Assembly: GCF_006345805.1 (NCBI RefSeq)
Contig: NC_043010.1
Location: 36,518,001-36,582,000 of the forward strand
From: Octopus sinensis
Taxonomy: Eukaryota
Reading direction: 5' to 3'
DNA: 64,000 nt
Of this stretch, positions 25,705-38,319 are shown one piece after another (the first letter of the stretch is position 1; every line of letters begins with the position of its first letter). The position numbers were made by a program, and so were the translations under genes. The notes beneath the pieces are model-generated. The model searched no databases. It was given only the letters and a program-made list of their open reading frames with translations, and was not told the DNA's origin.

Positions 25705-25960
25705 TAGACTTGGAGATCCGGCGAAAGGGCTCTTGCGACCAACAAGCTGTAAGTTTTACATTGGCGTGGCCTTCTACTTGGTGAGTTGCTTCACAGGGCT
25801 GAAGGGCTCCACATAGCCTGGAGTTTCCACAAGAGTGTCAAAGAGGGCACCGGGCTGCTTGAGGGACTCCTATCCTGATTTGCTGTTGAGGTTGACTTTC
25901 CTGGCCTTTCTTTCTTTCCCAAAGTACACACAAGTTGGTGAAGGTTTGTGCTTTGCGCGT
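25705..25960. repeat. Third copy of the unclassified repeat at 21855-22095
   Basis: TTTAGACTTGGAGATCCGGCGAAAGG..GTAAGTTTTACATTGGCGTGG..GATTTGCTGTTGAGGTTGACTTTCCTGGCCTTTCTTTC is shared. Confidence 0.85.
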
Positions 25961-26537
25961 TCGTGCTTTGCGGGTCAGCTATCTGAACCTGATTTTGCCA
26001 CTGGATTGAAGATGGTCACAGATGAGAGAATGAGGTTGATGCTGCGCAACTCTCCTTCGCTTTAAAAAATTGCCCTGCTACTCATCAGACATCATTAAGG
26101 AATATTCGACTTCGCTTAGACAGACGACAATATAAATATATGTTCTCACATATGAATCATTAAATAAAAGAAGCAATACTGCAGATCCTACTATATTATT
26201 TAATTTATTATCCTAACACGTCTGCAAAATCTTTTCCCATTGTATTCATACAAAACTTTCCAATTATGATACGGTTATTGTTAGTTTTAGTTTTTAGAAA
26301 ATACCATCATTGTTATGTAACTAAGTGTATAGAGTTTGGCCTCTGTTAAGTGTAGGCTTGTGATATTTAAAACAATATCATGTGAGAGAAACAGGAGCGG
26401 TAGGGCGGATTACTGATTACACTTAGTCTAGTATTCTATGCTTAAACCACGCCAGGTCAATTAAAACAATATCAATTACACCCTAATACTGATGTAATCA
26501 ATCTTAGTACAAATCCAGAAATATATGCTGCTGTAAG

Positions 26538-26594
<57 letters not shown>

Positions 26595-26989
26595 TAGATG
26601 CATGCACACGTACATTCATACATACACACACGTACGAATATATACATCTACATGCGTATATAAGTATATATCTATATATATCTATAAATAAATGTGAAAT
26701 GTGAAATCTGTCTGTCTGGGACCCCTGTATCTTAGTCTACATCTGCTTTTCATCCTTTCGAGGTCGATAAAATAATTACCAGTTACCCCCTTCTCCCAAA
26801 ATTTTCAAGACCTTGTGCCTAGAGTAGAAATGCTAATTGTTATTGTTATTGTTATCATCATCCATCATTATTGAATGAGAGCGCAGTGCATGCCATCAAA
26901 CTGACACAGGAGTACAAATATGCAAAGCCCAATACCCACCGTGACTACCTGTCTGATAAGGATATATATATATATATATATATCGCCAT

Positions 26990-27180
26990 GATAGATCGTT
27001 AGCCTCTTCACACATTTTTTTCTCTCCTTGTTTCTCTCCTTGTTTTTTATGTGTCCCTTTCCGTAGAAGAGCGTAGGCTCAAAACGTAAAAGACTTTTTC
27101 TATTCCTGAGCGTTATACCTAATACATCTGTTTGTTTTGTACACCACCTGTCTTCATCTTTTGTTTTTTCGTAAACTCTC

Positions 27181-27185
<5 letters not shown>
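26990..27185 (+). mobile_element. Short pLTR-like repeat with a mutated minimal hammerhead
   Basis: CTTT-CCGTAGA-A-GAGC GTAG GCTC-AAAAC-GTA-AAAG (27057-27094) has the same layout as 35384-35418 but with core substitutions. The downstream TTCCTGAGCG segment is shared with 35360-35375 and 62690-62790 (both minus strand). Confidence 0.55.
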
Positions 27186-27230
<45 letters not shown>

Positions 27231-27807
27231 TATAACGGGCTTCTCCTCAGTTTTCATCTACCAAATCCCCTCACAAGGCTTTGGTCGACAAGAGCTATAG
27301 CAGAAGACACTTGCCCAAGGTGCCACGCAGTGGGACTGAACCCGACCATGTGTTTGGTAAGCAAGCTTCTTACCATACAGCCACTCCTGCACCTATAAAT
27401 GTCTCGGTTTTTGTCTGTATTTGGAAGTGTTAAATATATTTATATAAATATTGCATTTCTTCCATATTTCATACGAGAAGATGGTATTACTGCTTTAATT
27501 CATTCATCGTAAATAATGTTTATTCTAAGTGTATATGCGTCCTTTTATCCTGTTTTAATCATATGACTGCATATTATAATGTTTTATTCTATTTTGCTGT
27601 ATCATGTCATTATCTATTTCCGATTTTTGCAGACATTTTGAATGCTTGTAAGAGCTGTGCACATGTGCATATACAAACAGATATATCAGCGTGTATTTTA
27701 TAGTCTTTATTTTACTCTGCTTATTTTGTCTTTCGAACTAATTAGCGTGTATGTAGGACGTGTATATGGGGAATACATGTACATAGATATTCCTTTATTC
27801 TTTTATT

Positions 27808-27998
27808 TGTTTCGGTCATTTAACTGCGGCCGTGCTGGAGTACCGCCTTTAAGTCGATCAAATAGACCCTCAGGACTTATTCTTTCTAAACCTAGCACTT
27901 ATTCTATCGGTTTCATTTCTGCCGAACCGCTAAGTTACGGGGACGTGAACACACCGACATCGGTTTTCAAGTGATGGTGGGAACAAATACAGATACAA

Positions 27999-28055
<57 letters not shown>

Positions 28056-28445
28056 ATATATATCAATAATTGAGGGTAAAACTAGTTTTAGTTATAATCA
28101 ATTTCACCAAGTAGTGTTCAGTATGTAAAAGGACCATTTAAGGCGTATTCAAAATATTACATTATATAATTAGGGCTTAGTAAATAAATTACTTTGCCAC
28201 ATACTGAACTTTTTAGAAATAGCAGCCAAAATTTTTTTAGCTATTTCCACTACTTTAGGAAAATTCTCCCAGATAATTATATATAAATATATATATATAT
28301 TATATATATTATATATATATATATACACCAAATCTACTCACAAGGCCTTGCTCGGCCCGACGCTATAGTAGAAGACATCTAAACTCGGAACTGTGTAGTT
28401 TGGAAGCAAGCTTCTTCTCACACAGCCACGCCTGCGCCTATAAAA
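27808..28445 (-). mobile_element. Major SINE copy split by an AT-rich insert (~28050-28300)
   Basis: Tail reverse complement at 27808-28000; partial head at 28325-28445. Confidence 0.7.
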
Positions 28446-28560
28446 CTATATTGTTATATTTCAGGATAGTATCTTTTTGTTTTTTGTTTGTGGACGAAAC
28501 ACATAGACTGCGTAAGCACACGCACGCTCGCATAGACAGACAGACACTTATATCCACTCA

Positions 28561-28612
<52 letters not shown>

Positions 28613-29099
28613 AGATACAGGTGCAAACACACGCACATTTAAGGATACACATCATAGAAGAACAGAATGGACTAAGCGAAGCAGGAGCACACACGAAGAC
28701 AGAAAGTGTCGCTGAGGAGGTCACAGGTGTGTGACGAAAGATTTCCGGACAATGGACATGAGTTAGAACATGAGTAAGAACCATAATAAACAAGTGAAGA
28801 ACGAATATATAGTGCGTGTGTTTATTTGGTCAAGAAACAAAAACAAAAAAGGAACTCCCGAAATATAACAATATCTGTTTCAACACACATCAGGAACCTT
28901 GCAACACGAATTTATATACGTAATATGAAAACTGGACGGTAATAGATTAACTTCATATAGAGGCTTGGTCGAGTCTTAAATGGGGTCAGTTGTTTGTCGA
29001 GAGAGAGAGGGAAGGTAATTTAGATCCTTTAAAGAGACAAAGATAAGTACTGAAATGGTCAGACTTTATCTCCTTGTCACTTTATTATCTCTAAAAGCT

Positions 29100-29777
29100 T
29101 CCTTGCCTCCGACTTCGCCAAGGCGGAGGTAGGAAAGCTTTTAAGAAAGCAGAAGTATTGTTCTCAGTCGCGTTTGTTTGTCTGTTGGTTTGTCCGCTGG
29201 ATGGATTCGGATGAAACTTTCAGAGATGTTTGGCACGAACTGATTAGATTTTGGGATCGATCCGGTATCGGACAAAGATTCTAAATTATTTTTCCTGTTT
29301 TGTTTTTTTTTTTAACATAATTTTTGAGAGCGATTGGGTTCATTTTTAGTATTCTCGTTTGTGAGAGCAGTCGAGTTTGTTTCAGATATTCTCATTTTAA
29401 TTATCATCCCCGGCTAATCGTTGAGAGGACGTTGGTGTTGCCTTGGCGGGAATTTGCGTTCTCTGAGTGCTGTTGTTTATTCTTCATTTCATTGTTTAGT
29501 TTGTTTAGAACTGTCTTCCTTATAATTTGATCATTACGAGGGAAAAGTAATTTCTTTCCTTTTGACTATTTTTATCTCCGCCTTTGTTTTCAGTCGTGTT
29601 TATAGACTTGTTTGTTTATCCGTGGACAAGATATCTCAAGAACGGTTGGATGGATTCGGATGAAACTTTCAGGGATGTTTAGCCTTGTTAGTGGCACAAA
29701 CTGATTAGATTTGGGGATCGATCCGGTACCGGACCTGGATTATTTTTGCATTTATTTTACTTAATTTTTGGGAGCAA
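29100..29777 (+). mobile_element. Two tandem Helentron/HINE-like (DINE-1-type) non-autonomous elements, the second cut by the gap
   Basis: Subterminal inverted motifs CGCCAAGG / CCTTGGCG, (TTTG/TCTG)n, GGATGGATTCGGATGAAACTTTCAG and GGGATCGATCCGGTA occur in both copies; the first ends in TCTCTGAGTGC. Confidence 0.6.
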
Positions 29778-29877
29778 NNNNNNNNNNNNNNNNNNNNNNN
29801 NNNNNNNNNNNNNNNNNNNNNNNNNNNNNNNNNNNNNNNNNNNNNNNNNNNNNNNNNNNNNNNNNNNNNNNNNNNNN
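29778..29877. other. Assembly gap (100 N)
   Basis: Run of N. Confidence 1.
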
Positions 29878-29974
29878 AATTGCTGTTTGATAAGCAAAAT
29901 GATGGGAAACATCGAAGGTGATGGGGAGAGAGAGAGAGAGAGAGAGATTTCACTGCAGAAGATCCATAGCAAAA

Positions 29975-30022
29975 GAATGATGATGATGATGATGATGATG
30001 ATGACGACGATGATGATAGAGG

Positions 30023-30072
<50 letters not shown>

Positions 30073-30401
30073 GTGATGGTGATGACAACGATGTTCATAG
30101 TGGTGTTTGAGCTGGGTCTTAAGGCGGAGGTTGTGGTTTTACTGACGGTTGTGTTAGTAGCGATGAAGATGACGACGATGATAGTGACGAGGACGACGGC
30201 GACGACGTTAATGATGATGATGATGATAACGGAAAGGCGGGATCGATGTAGGTAGTGGTCGTCGTGTTGGCGGTGGTGATGAGGATGATGATTACGACGG
30301 CATTAGATGTGGTGAGAACCGTTATCATTATTATTTTATTATTGTTATTATTATCATCATCATCAGCATCATCACCATTATTATTGCTATTATTATCATC
30401 A

Positions 30402-30450
<49 letters not shown>

Positions 30451-30492
30451 TATTTTTATTATTATTATTATTATCATCATCATCATCATCAC

Positions 30493-30537
<45 letters not shown>

Positions 30538-30577
30538 TATTATTATTATTTTATTATTATCATCATCAGCATCATCA

Positions 30578-30649
<72 letters not shown>

Positions 30650-31377
30650 CACATCATCATCATCATCATTATTATAATTATTTTATTATTATTGTTATTG
30701 TTATTATTGTTATCATCATCCTCATCATCCTCATCATTATTATCGTCATTATTATTATCATTATTATTATTACTACTACTGCTACTACTCTCACCACCAC
30801 CACCAACCACCGCCACCGCCACGACCACCATCATAACGACTGCTTCAGTTATTATCATCTATACTAACTCTTTGAATAAAGGCTATAACTGTTACATTTA
30901 GATAAGGTTAAAAGAAGAAGGAACGAAGAGGGGAAAAGAAGTGAACAATTCGTTGATGAAAACCAACGCAACGAATTGGAGAAAGAAATTCTATGAAGAT
31001 ATTTTCTAAAGGAAACAGACGATTTATTATGCGGTGGGATAGAGATAGAAACGGTAGGGGGTACATAATGCCCCAAAGCGAGGAAAAATACCCCCAACCC
31101 CACCCGCACCCCCCTAGTCCCTAGCACTACTATTCTTCTCCAAATCCTAAATCTGAAAATTGAATAAATGAAAAGAAGGAAAAGATAGATAATAATAATA
31201 AACATGATATTCTCCCGGAAAATAGGAAAAGAAAAATGGGAGAAAAACATACAAAAATATTTTAAAAATACGTAGGAATAATATAAAATGAAAGGTAGCT
31301 TTTAATATCAAATTATTTCCCTGTCGTTGACGTTGTTGTTGCTATCATTATTATTATTGTTATTATTATTATTATTA

Positions 31378-31411
<34 letters not shown>

Positions 31412-31418
31412 ATTATTA

Positions 31419-31449
<31 letters not shown>

Positions 31450-31938
31450 ATTATTATATTATTATTATTATTATTATTATTATTGTTATTATTATTATTG
31501 TTGTTATTGTTATTATTATTAATATTATTATTATTTTTATTACTATTATTATTGTTGTTGTTGAGGTTATTATTGTTATCGTTAGTATTATTATTATCAT
31601 CGTTATTGTTATTATTATTGCTGTTATCATTATCAACATCATCATTTTGTTGTTGATGCTGCTGTTATTGCTACAATTATCATCACCATTATTATTCTAA
31701 TCATTACTATTATCATTATCATTATCCTTATTATTATTATTAATATTATTATTATTAATATTATTATTATTATATTATTAATATTAATATTATTATTATT
31801 ATTTTCATTATTATTATTATTATTATTAATACTATTATTTTCATTCTTTTTCTTCACCTTCTTTTTCTTCTTCTTCTTATTATTATTAATACTGTTATTT
31901 TTATTATTATTTTCATTCTTCTTCTTCACCTTCTTCTT

Positions 31939-32002
<64 letters not shown>

Positions 32003-32005
32003 TAT
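29975..32005. repeat. Trinucleotide arrays: (GAT)n, then (TAT/CAT)n, then (ATT)n
   Basis: Directly visible; a non-repetitive stretch interrupts at ~30870-31330. Confidence 0.9.
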
Positions 32006-32752
32006 TTAAATCCATGACTTTGTAAAGGTAGAAACAAGCTAACGCTTCAGGGAATAAGGAACGGTTGGGAATAAGGTGGGGTGGGAAGTTGATGTTGTTT
32101 GTTTTGAGGGGGGTTTCTTCTTATGCTCATGTGCACGTGTGTATAAGTTTTCGAATGTATGTGTGTGTGCTTTTCTTAGTGTGTGTGTGTGTGTGTGCGT
32201 ATGTTTCTGTGTGTATATGTGTACGTATGATGACGTGCATATTTTTCTTGCTTTCTGCAAATGGGCATATGATCAAAATGGAGGATCACATTGGATGAAG
32301 AAACCGTGTTCTGGAATGCTTGTATGTCCACACACACACAAACACTTACACACACACACACACACACACTCACACACACATACACACACACGTATACACA
32401 CACATGCACACACATACACATACATTCACATGCACATGCACGCATATACATACAAAGAGGGAGAGGGAGAAAGATGCACACATTTAGATAAAGACACACA
32501 CACACACACACTAATATGCTTATATATTCACGCACACACAAACACACACACACACATACATATGAACACCCACATACAAGCATACAAGCTGAGATAAACA
32601 CGAGCCAACGTACATAGTCTTTATTTTCTTGTTCAGCATGCAAGAAATAACAGTTAAATCTCATTAACACCAAAATGAACGACTTAATAAAATGGAAATT
32701 ATTAGGCAGAGCAGTAACACACACACACATACACACATGTATACATATACAT

Positions 32753-32784
<32 letters not shown>

Positions 32785-32786
<2 letters not shown>

Positions 32787-32895
32787 CACCGTGATCACCG
32801 TGACCGACCAGGCCATCAGATGTTGTTACACATCGCTGGTCACAATGCGCTTCGCATTGTTTTAGCCTTCAAATGACGCCACCCGGCTGGCTATG
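32785..32895 (-). mobile_element. Isolated SINE tail D
   Basis: TCACCGTGATCACCGTGACCGACCAGG..GCCTTCAAATGACGCCACCC is nearly identical to 45882-45980. Confidence 0.85.
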
Positions 32896-32914
32896 TATGT
32901 ATGTATATAATACG

Positions 32915-33255
32915 TATCATGCGCGAGGACAGAAATAACCGGACTGAATACCCGATCGCGTGGTTAAACCATTGGGAGTGAAGGACTCCTAGCCTTTGTT
33001 AGGGCATTCTTCAAGGAGAAGGTAACTCAGGTAACTGGGATAACTCCGACATAAAAGCTGCGGTTCAGTGGTTACCGATGATGGTGACTTGTTCTCCTTT
33101 TCGGATTATGGCTGCTGTTGCTTAGTGAGTGGGATTGACTCAGTGCACAGCCTTTCCTCACTTTAAAAAAATCTTCTTGCACAGGCATTGCACGATAACA
33201 ACATTGATTAAGCTTCGGGCATTGGCCATACTCGATAACGAGGAGGCAGCCAACA
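32915..33255 (+). mobile_element. Short interspersed element, possibly derived from an RTE 5' UTR; inverted copy at 38320-38830
   Basis: ~330 bp match (~90% by eye) to the reverse complement of 38335-38658. GACTCCTAGCCTTTGTTAGGGCATTCTTCAAGGAGAAGGTAACTC resembles RTE 5'-UTR motifs as I recall them (unverified). Confidence 0.6.
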
Positions 33256-33262
33256 TATAATA

Positions 33263-33501
33263 CGTGACAATTCTTCGGTAGCCATGATAAAACTCCGATT
33301 TTCGGATGTCGGGGCGGAGACTCACGCCGCCATCTCTTCAGTTGTCCGACCATCGAAAACATGTTATGAAAATGGCACCTTTTTTTTTTTAGAAAGAAAT
33401 TTCAGACCTTATGGCCGGATAACTGAAGAGATGGAGGCGTGTGTTTCCGCCGCGACATCCGAAATTCTGAGTTTTATCATGGCTACCGAATAATTGTCAC
33501 A
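33263..33501. mobile_element. MITE (239 bp) with ~90-bp imperfect TIRs and TA flanks
   Basis: TA|CGTGACAATTCTTCGGTAGCCATGATAAAACTC ... GAGTTTTATCATGGCTACCGAATAATTGTCACA|TA. Confidence 0.8.
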
Positions 33502-33531
33502 TATATTTACAGATATATGTATATATATATG

Positions 33532-33587
<56 letters not shown>

Positions 33588-33841
33588 TATATATATGCCT
33601 GTATGTGTGTGTATGTGTGGTTTTCACTTAGGTGTTGCGATACTAATAACCTAGTGTAGAACCCTATATGCATATGTTTCTGAACAAAGTAATGCTTTTT
33701 GGTATCTCACCTTAAATGTATTTGTCTTTCTTAATAAATTGCTCTTCATGTTTGGGGCTCCGATGAAGCTGTAAGGCGTTACTCGGGCACGCAACTATGA
33801 GTCCACCGCGTCTTATAATGGAAACAACAGTTAGCTAATGA

Positions 33842-33882
<41 letters not shown>

Positions 33883-33916
33883 GTCAGAAAGAACAACAAA
33901 AAGAACGAAATATAAA

Positions 33917-34335
33917 GGCGGTGAGCTGGCAGAAACGTTAGCATCCCAGGCGAAATCCCTAGCGGTATTTCGTCTGCCGCTACCTCCTGAGTTCAAATTC
34001 CGCCGAGGTCGACTTTGCCTTTCTTCCTTTCGCGGTCGGTTAAATAAGTACCAGTTACGCACTGGGGTCGATATAATCGACTTAATCCGTTTGTCTGTCT
34101 GTGTTTGTCTTCTTTGTGTTTAGCCCCGTGTGGGTAGAAAAGAAATAAGTATTTCGTCTACCGCTACGTTCTGAGTTCAAATCCCGCCGAGGTCGACTTT
34201 GCCTTTCATCCTTTCGTGGTCGATTAAATAAGTACCAGTTATGCACTGGGATCGATATAATCGACTTAATCCGTTTGTCTGTCCTTGTTTGTCCCCTCTG
34301 TGCGTAGCCCCTTCTAGGCAGTAAAGAAATAAGAA
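33917..34335 (+). mobile_element. tRNA SINE with two tandem 184-bp units
   Basis: Head GGCGGTGAGCTGGCAGAAACGTTAG; unit starts GTATTTCGTCT at 33965 and 34149; B box GAGTTCAAAT in each unit. Confidence 0.88.
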
Positions 34336-34546
34336 ATAAGAAACAGCAAAAAAAAAACGAAATATGATAAATATGGCATTAGTTGAATGTTTAAGTTAGA
34401 GAATTGTGTGCTTTTCTTAGTGTTTGCGTGTGTGTGTGTGTGTGTGCGTGCGTGTGTGCGTATGTTTCTGTGTGTATATGTGTACGTATGATGATGTGAA
34501 TATTTTTCTTGCTTTCTGCAAATGGGCATATGATACTTTCTTTCTT

Positions 34547-34580
<34 letters not shown>

Positions 34581-35224
34581 TACACACACACACGACGCAC
34601 ATATATACACACAATCACTCACTCACTCACACTATACATATTCAAACATTAAAATGAAGATACAAACATGTAGATAAAGTGCACGCACAGACATATATAT
34701 ATGTATGTATGTATATGTTTGTATATAATTTATAATTCATAAAATTGAACACAAATAAACACGTTGGTCAATCAAATTCCAACAAAACTGGAATTTTTAC
34801 CGTTTAACCTTTGTGTTTCCACAACTGTTTCCATGTTTTTCTACAAACTGTTGGCGAATGTTTCCATATGAACGGTAATTATAATTAATTGTTGTTACTT
34901 GAATAGTTAAATGGAGATAATCCACAAGTCATTAGCATTACAGCAAGTCTTTTAATTAATGTTAATTAGAAATCAAAATTAATTCGAATTTATATTATTA
35001 TCCATTCAGAATTGATTTCAAATTTCATATGAAATTATTCTGCGTTAATCGTTTAACTTCACCTAAGCCATAAAGTTTATAAAATAGAAATAGCAGCATT
35101 TGTTTTCATTGTAATACGTTTTCAAATATTCGCTTAGTGGAATCTATCTGACATAAGGTAATTTTTTATTTGTTGCCTTTGTACTCGCATGTGGTCTGAT
35201 AATGATAATCTGACCTGGCCAATA

Positions 35225-35291
<67 letters not shown>

Positions 35292-35383
35292 GTTAATCCA
35301 ACCATGAAAACACAAAGAGAAAACACAACAACGCGAGAACGTGGAACAGTATAGTATTATTGGACGCTCAGGAAAGAAGGAGG

Positions 35384-35418
35384 GTTTAACGTTTCGAGCG
35401 GAGCTCTTCGTCAGAAAC
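35384..35418 (-). ncRNA. Minimal hammerhead-like motif (Penelope pLTR type) within a short repeat at ~35300-35480
   Basis: Minus strand: GUUU-CUGACGA-A-GAGC UCC GCUC-GAAAC-GUU-AAAC, with a 4-bp stem I, 4-bp stem II and a palindromic AACGUU stem III with no loop. Confidence 0.65.
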
Positions 35419-35510
35419 ACAGATCCTAAGGAGGGAAGACGGAGGAAAAAAATGGCCAACGGTACACACGTGGTCACATTTTGATATATATATATATATA
35501 TATATATATA

Positions 35511-37129
35511 CAGTTGCGGCCAAAATGTTCAGAACGGCATTGTTTTCGCCAGAAAAGTAGATATAAGTTTTTATCAAAGTTGTCTTATACTCTATAATTT
35601 TCACAGACAATAAATACGATATTAATTGTTATTGTCTGAGATTTTGGTGTAATTTTAGAGGATAATACAAAAGTTATGGATGATTTAGTGATTTACTGCA
35701 AAACCCATGGCGGCCAAAAGGATCAGAACGGTTGCTTTTACTCCGTGTTTTTAGTATATTTAACCGGCGAACTCTAACGTTTTGAATTTGTTTATGTGAT
35801 GGTTCGTTTACTAAACATTAGTAAGAATATCTGCAGTGTACTTTGTTAATATAATGCCACTTACTCCGTTACCAATTCGTCAACAGATTATTAAGCTTCG
35901 AAAGAAGGATAATTTAAGTATTGGGTCCATTGCAAAGATTGTTAACAAAGAGTGTTGTTCACGGTTTTCTTAAGGTCTACGATTATTGTGGTTCGTGTGA
36001 AGCTAGAAAGTCTACAGGTAGTCCAAGAAAAACGACCAAGAGAGAAGATTGTGCTATGGTAAAGTTGGTTAAAAAGGACAGATTTAAAACTGCTGCTGCT
36101 GTTTCTTGGGAAATGAGCATTGTACTGAAGAAAACATTATCTCGAAAAACTGTGTCTTATCGTTTAGTTGAACATAACCTACAAGCAAGATCACCTGCAG
36201 TGAAGCAACTGATCAGCTCCAAAACTAAAAACTGTCGTCTTACCTTTGCAACCGAACATGTATTGTGGTCTCAAGAAAAATGGCAAACGGTGCATTTCAG
36301 TGACGAATCTAAGTTTATTTTATTTGGCTCAAATGGGAAAAGGTCCGCTTGTTGAAAAGTAGGTGAAAAATTGTCGCCCAAATGCCTTAAGACTAGTGTT
36401 AAATTCGGTGGAGGAAGTGTCATGGTTTGGGAGATGATATCTGGAGATGGTGTGGGCCCTTTGGTGCGATTACATGGAAAGGTAAATGCAGGAGTTTATA
36501 AACAACTTGTAAAAGATCATGTCTTGCCTGTGCTGAGAAATTCAACTAAGCGACCACTCATATTCATGCAGGACAATTCCCCATGTCACAAGGCTAAGGT
36601 GGTCATGAACTTCCTGAAGGCTGAAAAGGTTATTATTATGGATTGGCCTGCTCAAAGCCCAGATCTCAATCCTATTGAAAATGTGTGGAATATTCTAGGA
36701 GAACGTTCGAAAGCCAGAAATCCTAAAACAACCGAGCAATTATGGAATGCCCTTCAGGAAGAATGGAATAAGATCACCTAGCAAGAAATTGAAAATTTAA
36801 TTTCCTCATGCAGTCAAAGATGTCAAAGTGTGATTGAAGCTAAAGGGCTTCACACTAAATATTAAATAATTCCAGTATTCTCTGTCATTTTTGATTATTT
36901 TATTTTTTCAACCGTTCTGATCATTTTGGCCGCCATGGGTTTTGCAGTAAATCACTAAATCATCCATGACTTTTGTATTATCCTCTCAAATTACACCAAA
37001 ATCTCAGACAATAACAATTAATATTGTATTTATTGTCTGTGAAAATTATAGAATATAAGATAACTTTGATAAAAACTTATATCTACTTTTCTGGCGAAAA
37101 CAATGCCGTTCTGAACATTTTGGCCGCAA

Positions 37130-37132
<3 letters not shown>
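35511..37132 (+). mobile_element. Full-length Tc1 (DD34E) DNA transposon, 1622 bp, with ~225-bp IR/DR-type TIRs, inserted in (TA)n
   Basis: Ends TA|CAGTTGCGGCCAAAATG..CATTTTGGCCGCAACTG|TA. An inner direct repeat GCGGCCAAAAGGATCAGAACGG sits at the inner end of each TIR. Confidence 0.95.
35854..36865 (+). pseudogene. Tc1 transposase with one frameshift and two premature stops
   Basis: MPLTPLPIRQQIIKL..; HFSDESKF, FMQDNSPCH, WPAQSPDLNPIENVW with 34 residues between the second D and the E. In-frame stops end ORFs 35921-36355 and 36371-36781. Confidence 0.93.
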
Positions 37133-37209
<77 letters not shown>

Positions 37210-37538
37210 CTTCCCAACTCGGGTATTTAATACAGGAAATGAGATTTCTACCTTTACAGTTCCTATTTGCGTTTTTGAATATTAGTTCTCGTCTTTCTGT
37301 TGGTATGGTGTAATTTATGGTAGCTGTCTTTGTGCCTTTGCATCGCAGAACTCAAATCCAGCAATGCTGGAATTTAGCTGATAATGAAGTAAATCTTGGT
37401 TTGCAATGTTTGCAGTCGTGTATGCTTGTCAAGAGCAGGGCTCATTAGCCGCAAATGCAAAATATAAGTTTGTCCTAGCGTGCACAATGTTACAAAAGGT
37501 CAACAATGGTCTTCCTCGGTCATAAATGGACGGCCATC

Positions 37539-37566
<28 letters not shown>

Positions 37567-37569
<3 letters not shown>

Positions 37570-37815
37570 GAGGTGCGTGATTTAGCGGTTAGGGTGTCAG
37601 CACCATGATCGAAAGATTGTGGCTCCGATTTCTGGACCGGGCGACGCGTTCTGTTCTTGAGCAAAACACTCCACTTCACGTTGCTCCAGTCCACTCAGCT
37701 GGCAAAAATGAGTAACGCTACAATGGACTGGCGTCGCGTCCAGCTGGGGAACACATACGCTATAGAAACCGGGAAACCGGGCCCATGAGCGTGGGTAGGC
37801 TTTAAAAGGGCGCAT
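37567..37815 (+). mobile_element. tRNA-derived SINE (body Y + tail B)
   Basis: Head GTGGAGGTGCGTGATTTAGCGGTTAGG; body TTCTTGAGCAAAACAC..GTTGCTCCAGTCCACTCAGCTGGCAAAAATGAG; tail shared with 24801-24910. Confidence 0.8.
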
Positions 37816-38319
37816 TTATTTTATCATATATATATATATATATAAATGGGTGTGTGTATGCACATACATACACACACATGCACAAGCCACACACAGTAAA
37901 TGAAATAACATGACACTTTTGAATAACATGGAAGAACTTCATCTAAGGAGCGACACAGCTTCAAAATGTCAGCCAACCACCGACTGTGTCTCAGAAACTC
38001 AAACAAAAGTTTAGCAAAATTTGGAAGAATATTGGGAGAGAAAAAAAGACAGTTGCAAGGAAGGGCAACTGAGGCTAAGCTGTTATACTTGACGACAAAA
38101 AAACTGAATTACTGCAGCCGAGCGCACGAGAAGAAAAGCGGAAACCAAACTGATGCCCATTAAAAACACTGGACTGTACTTTGCGTGACGTTTGTACTGT
38201 AAGTATTTGACAGTTTCCTGTACACGAAAAGATTATTATTCAGCTGTAGCTTCACTAAGTTATTAGCTATTGCCAAAATATTACTTAATATACATACATA
38301 CATGCATGCATACATGGTG

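Noticed and set aside
27633-27647. Possible 15-nt microexon (TTTTTGCAG / CTT|GTAAGA)
   Set aside because: Too short to distinguish from chance without RNA data.
33750-33812. Hammerhead-like layout (GGGCTC-CGATGA...GCAAC-TAT-GAGTCC)
   Set aside because: Both catalytic boxes are mutated; it cannot be supported as a ribozyme.
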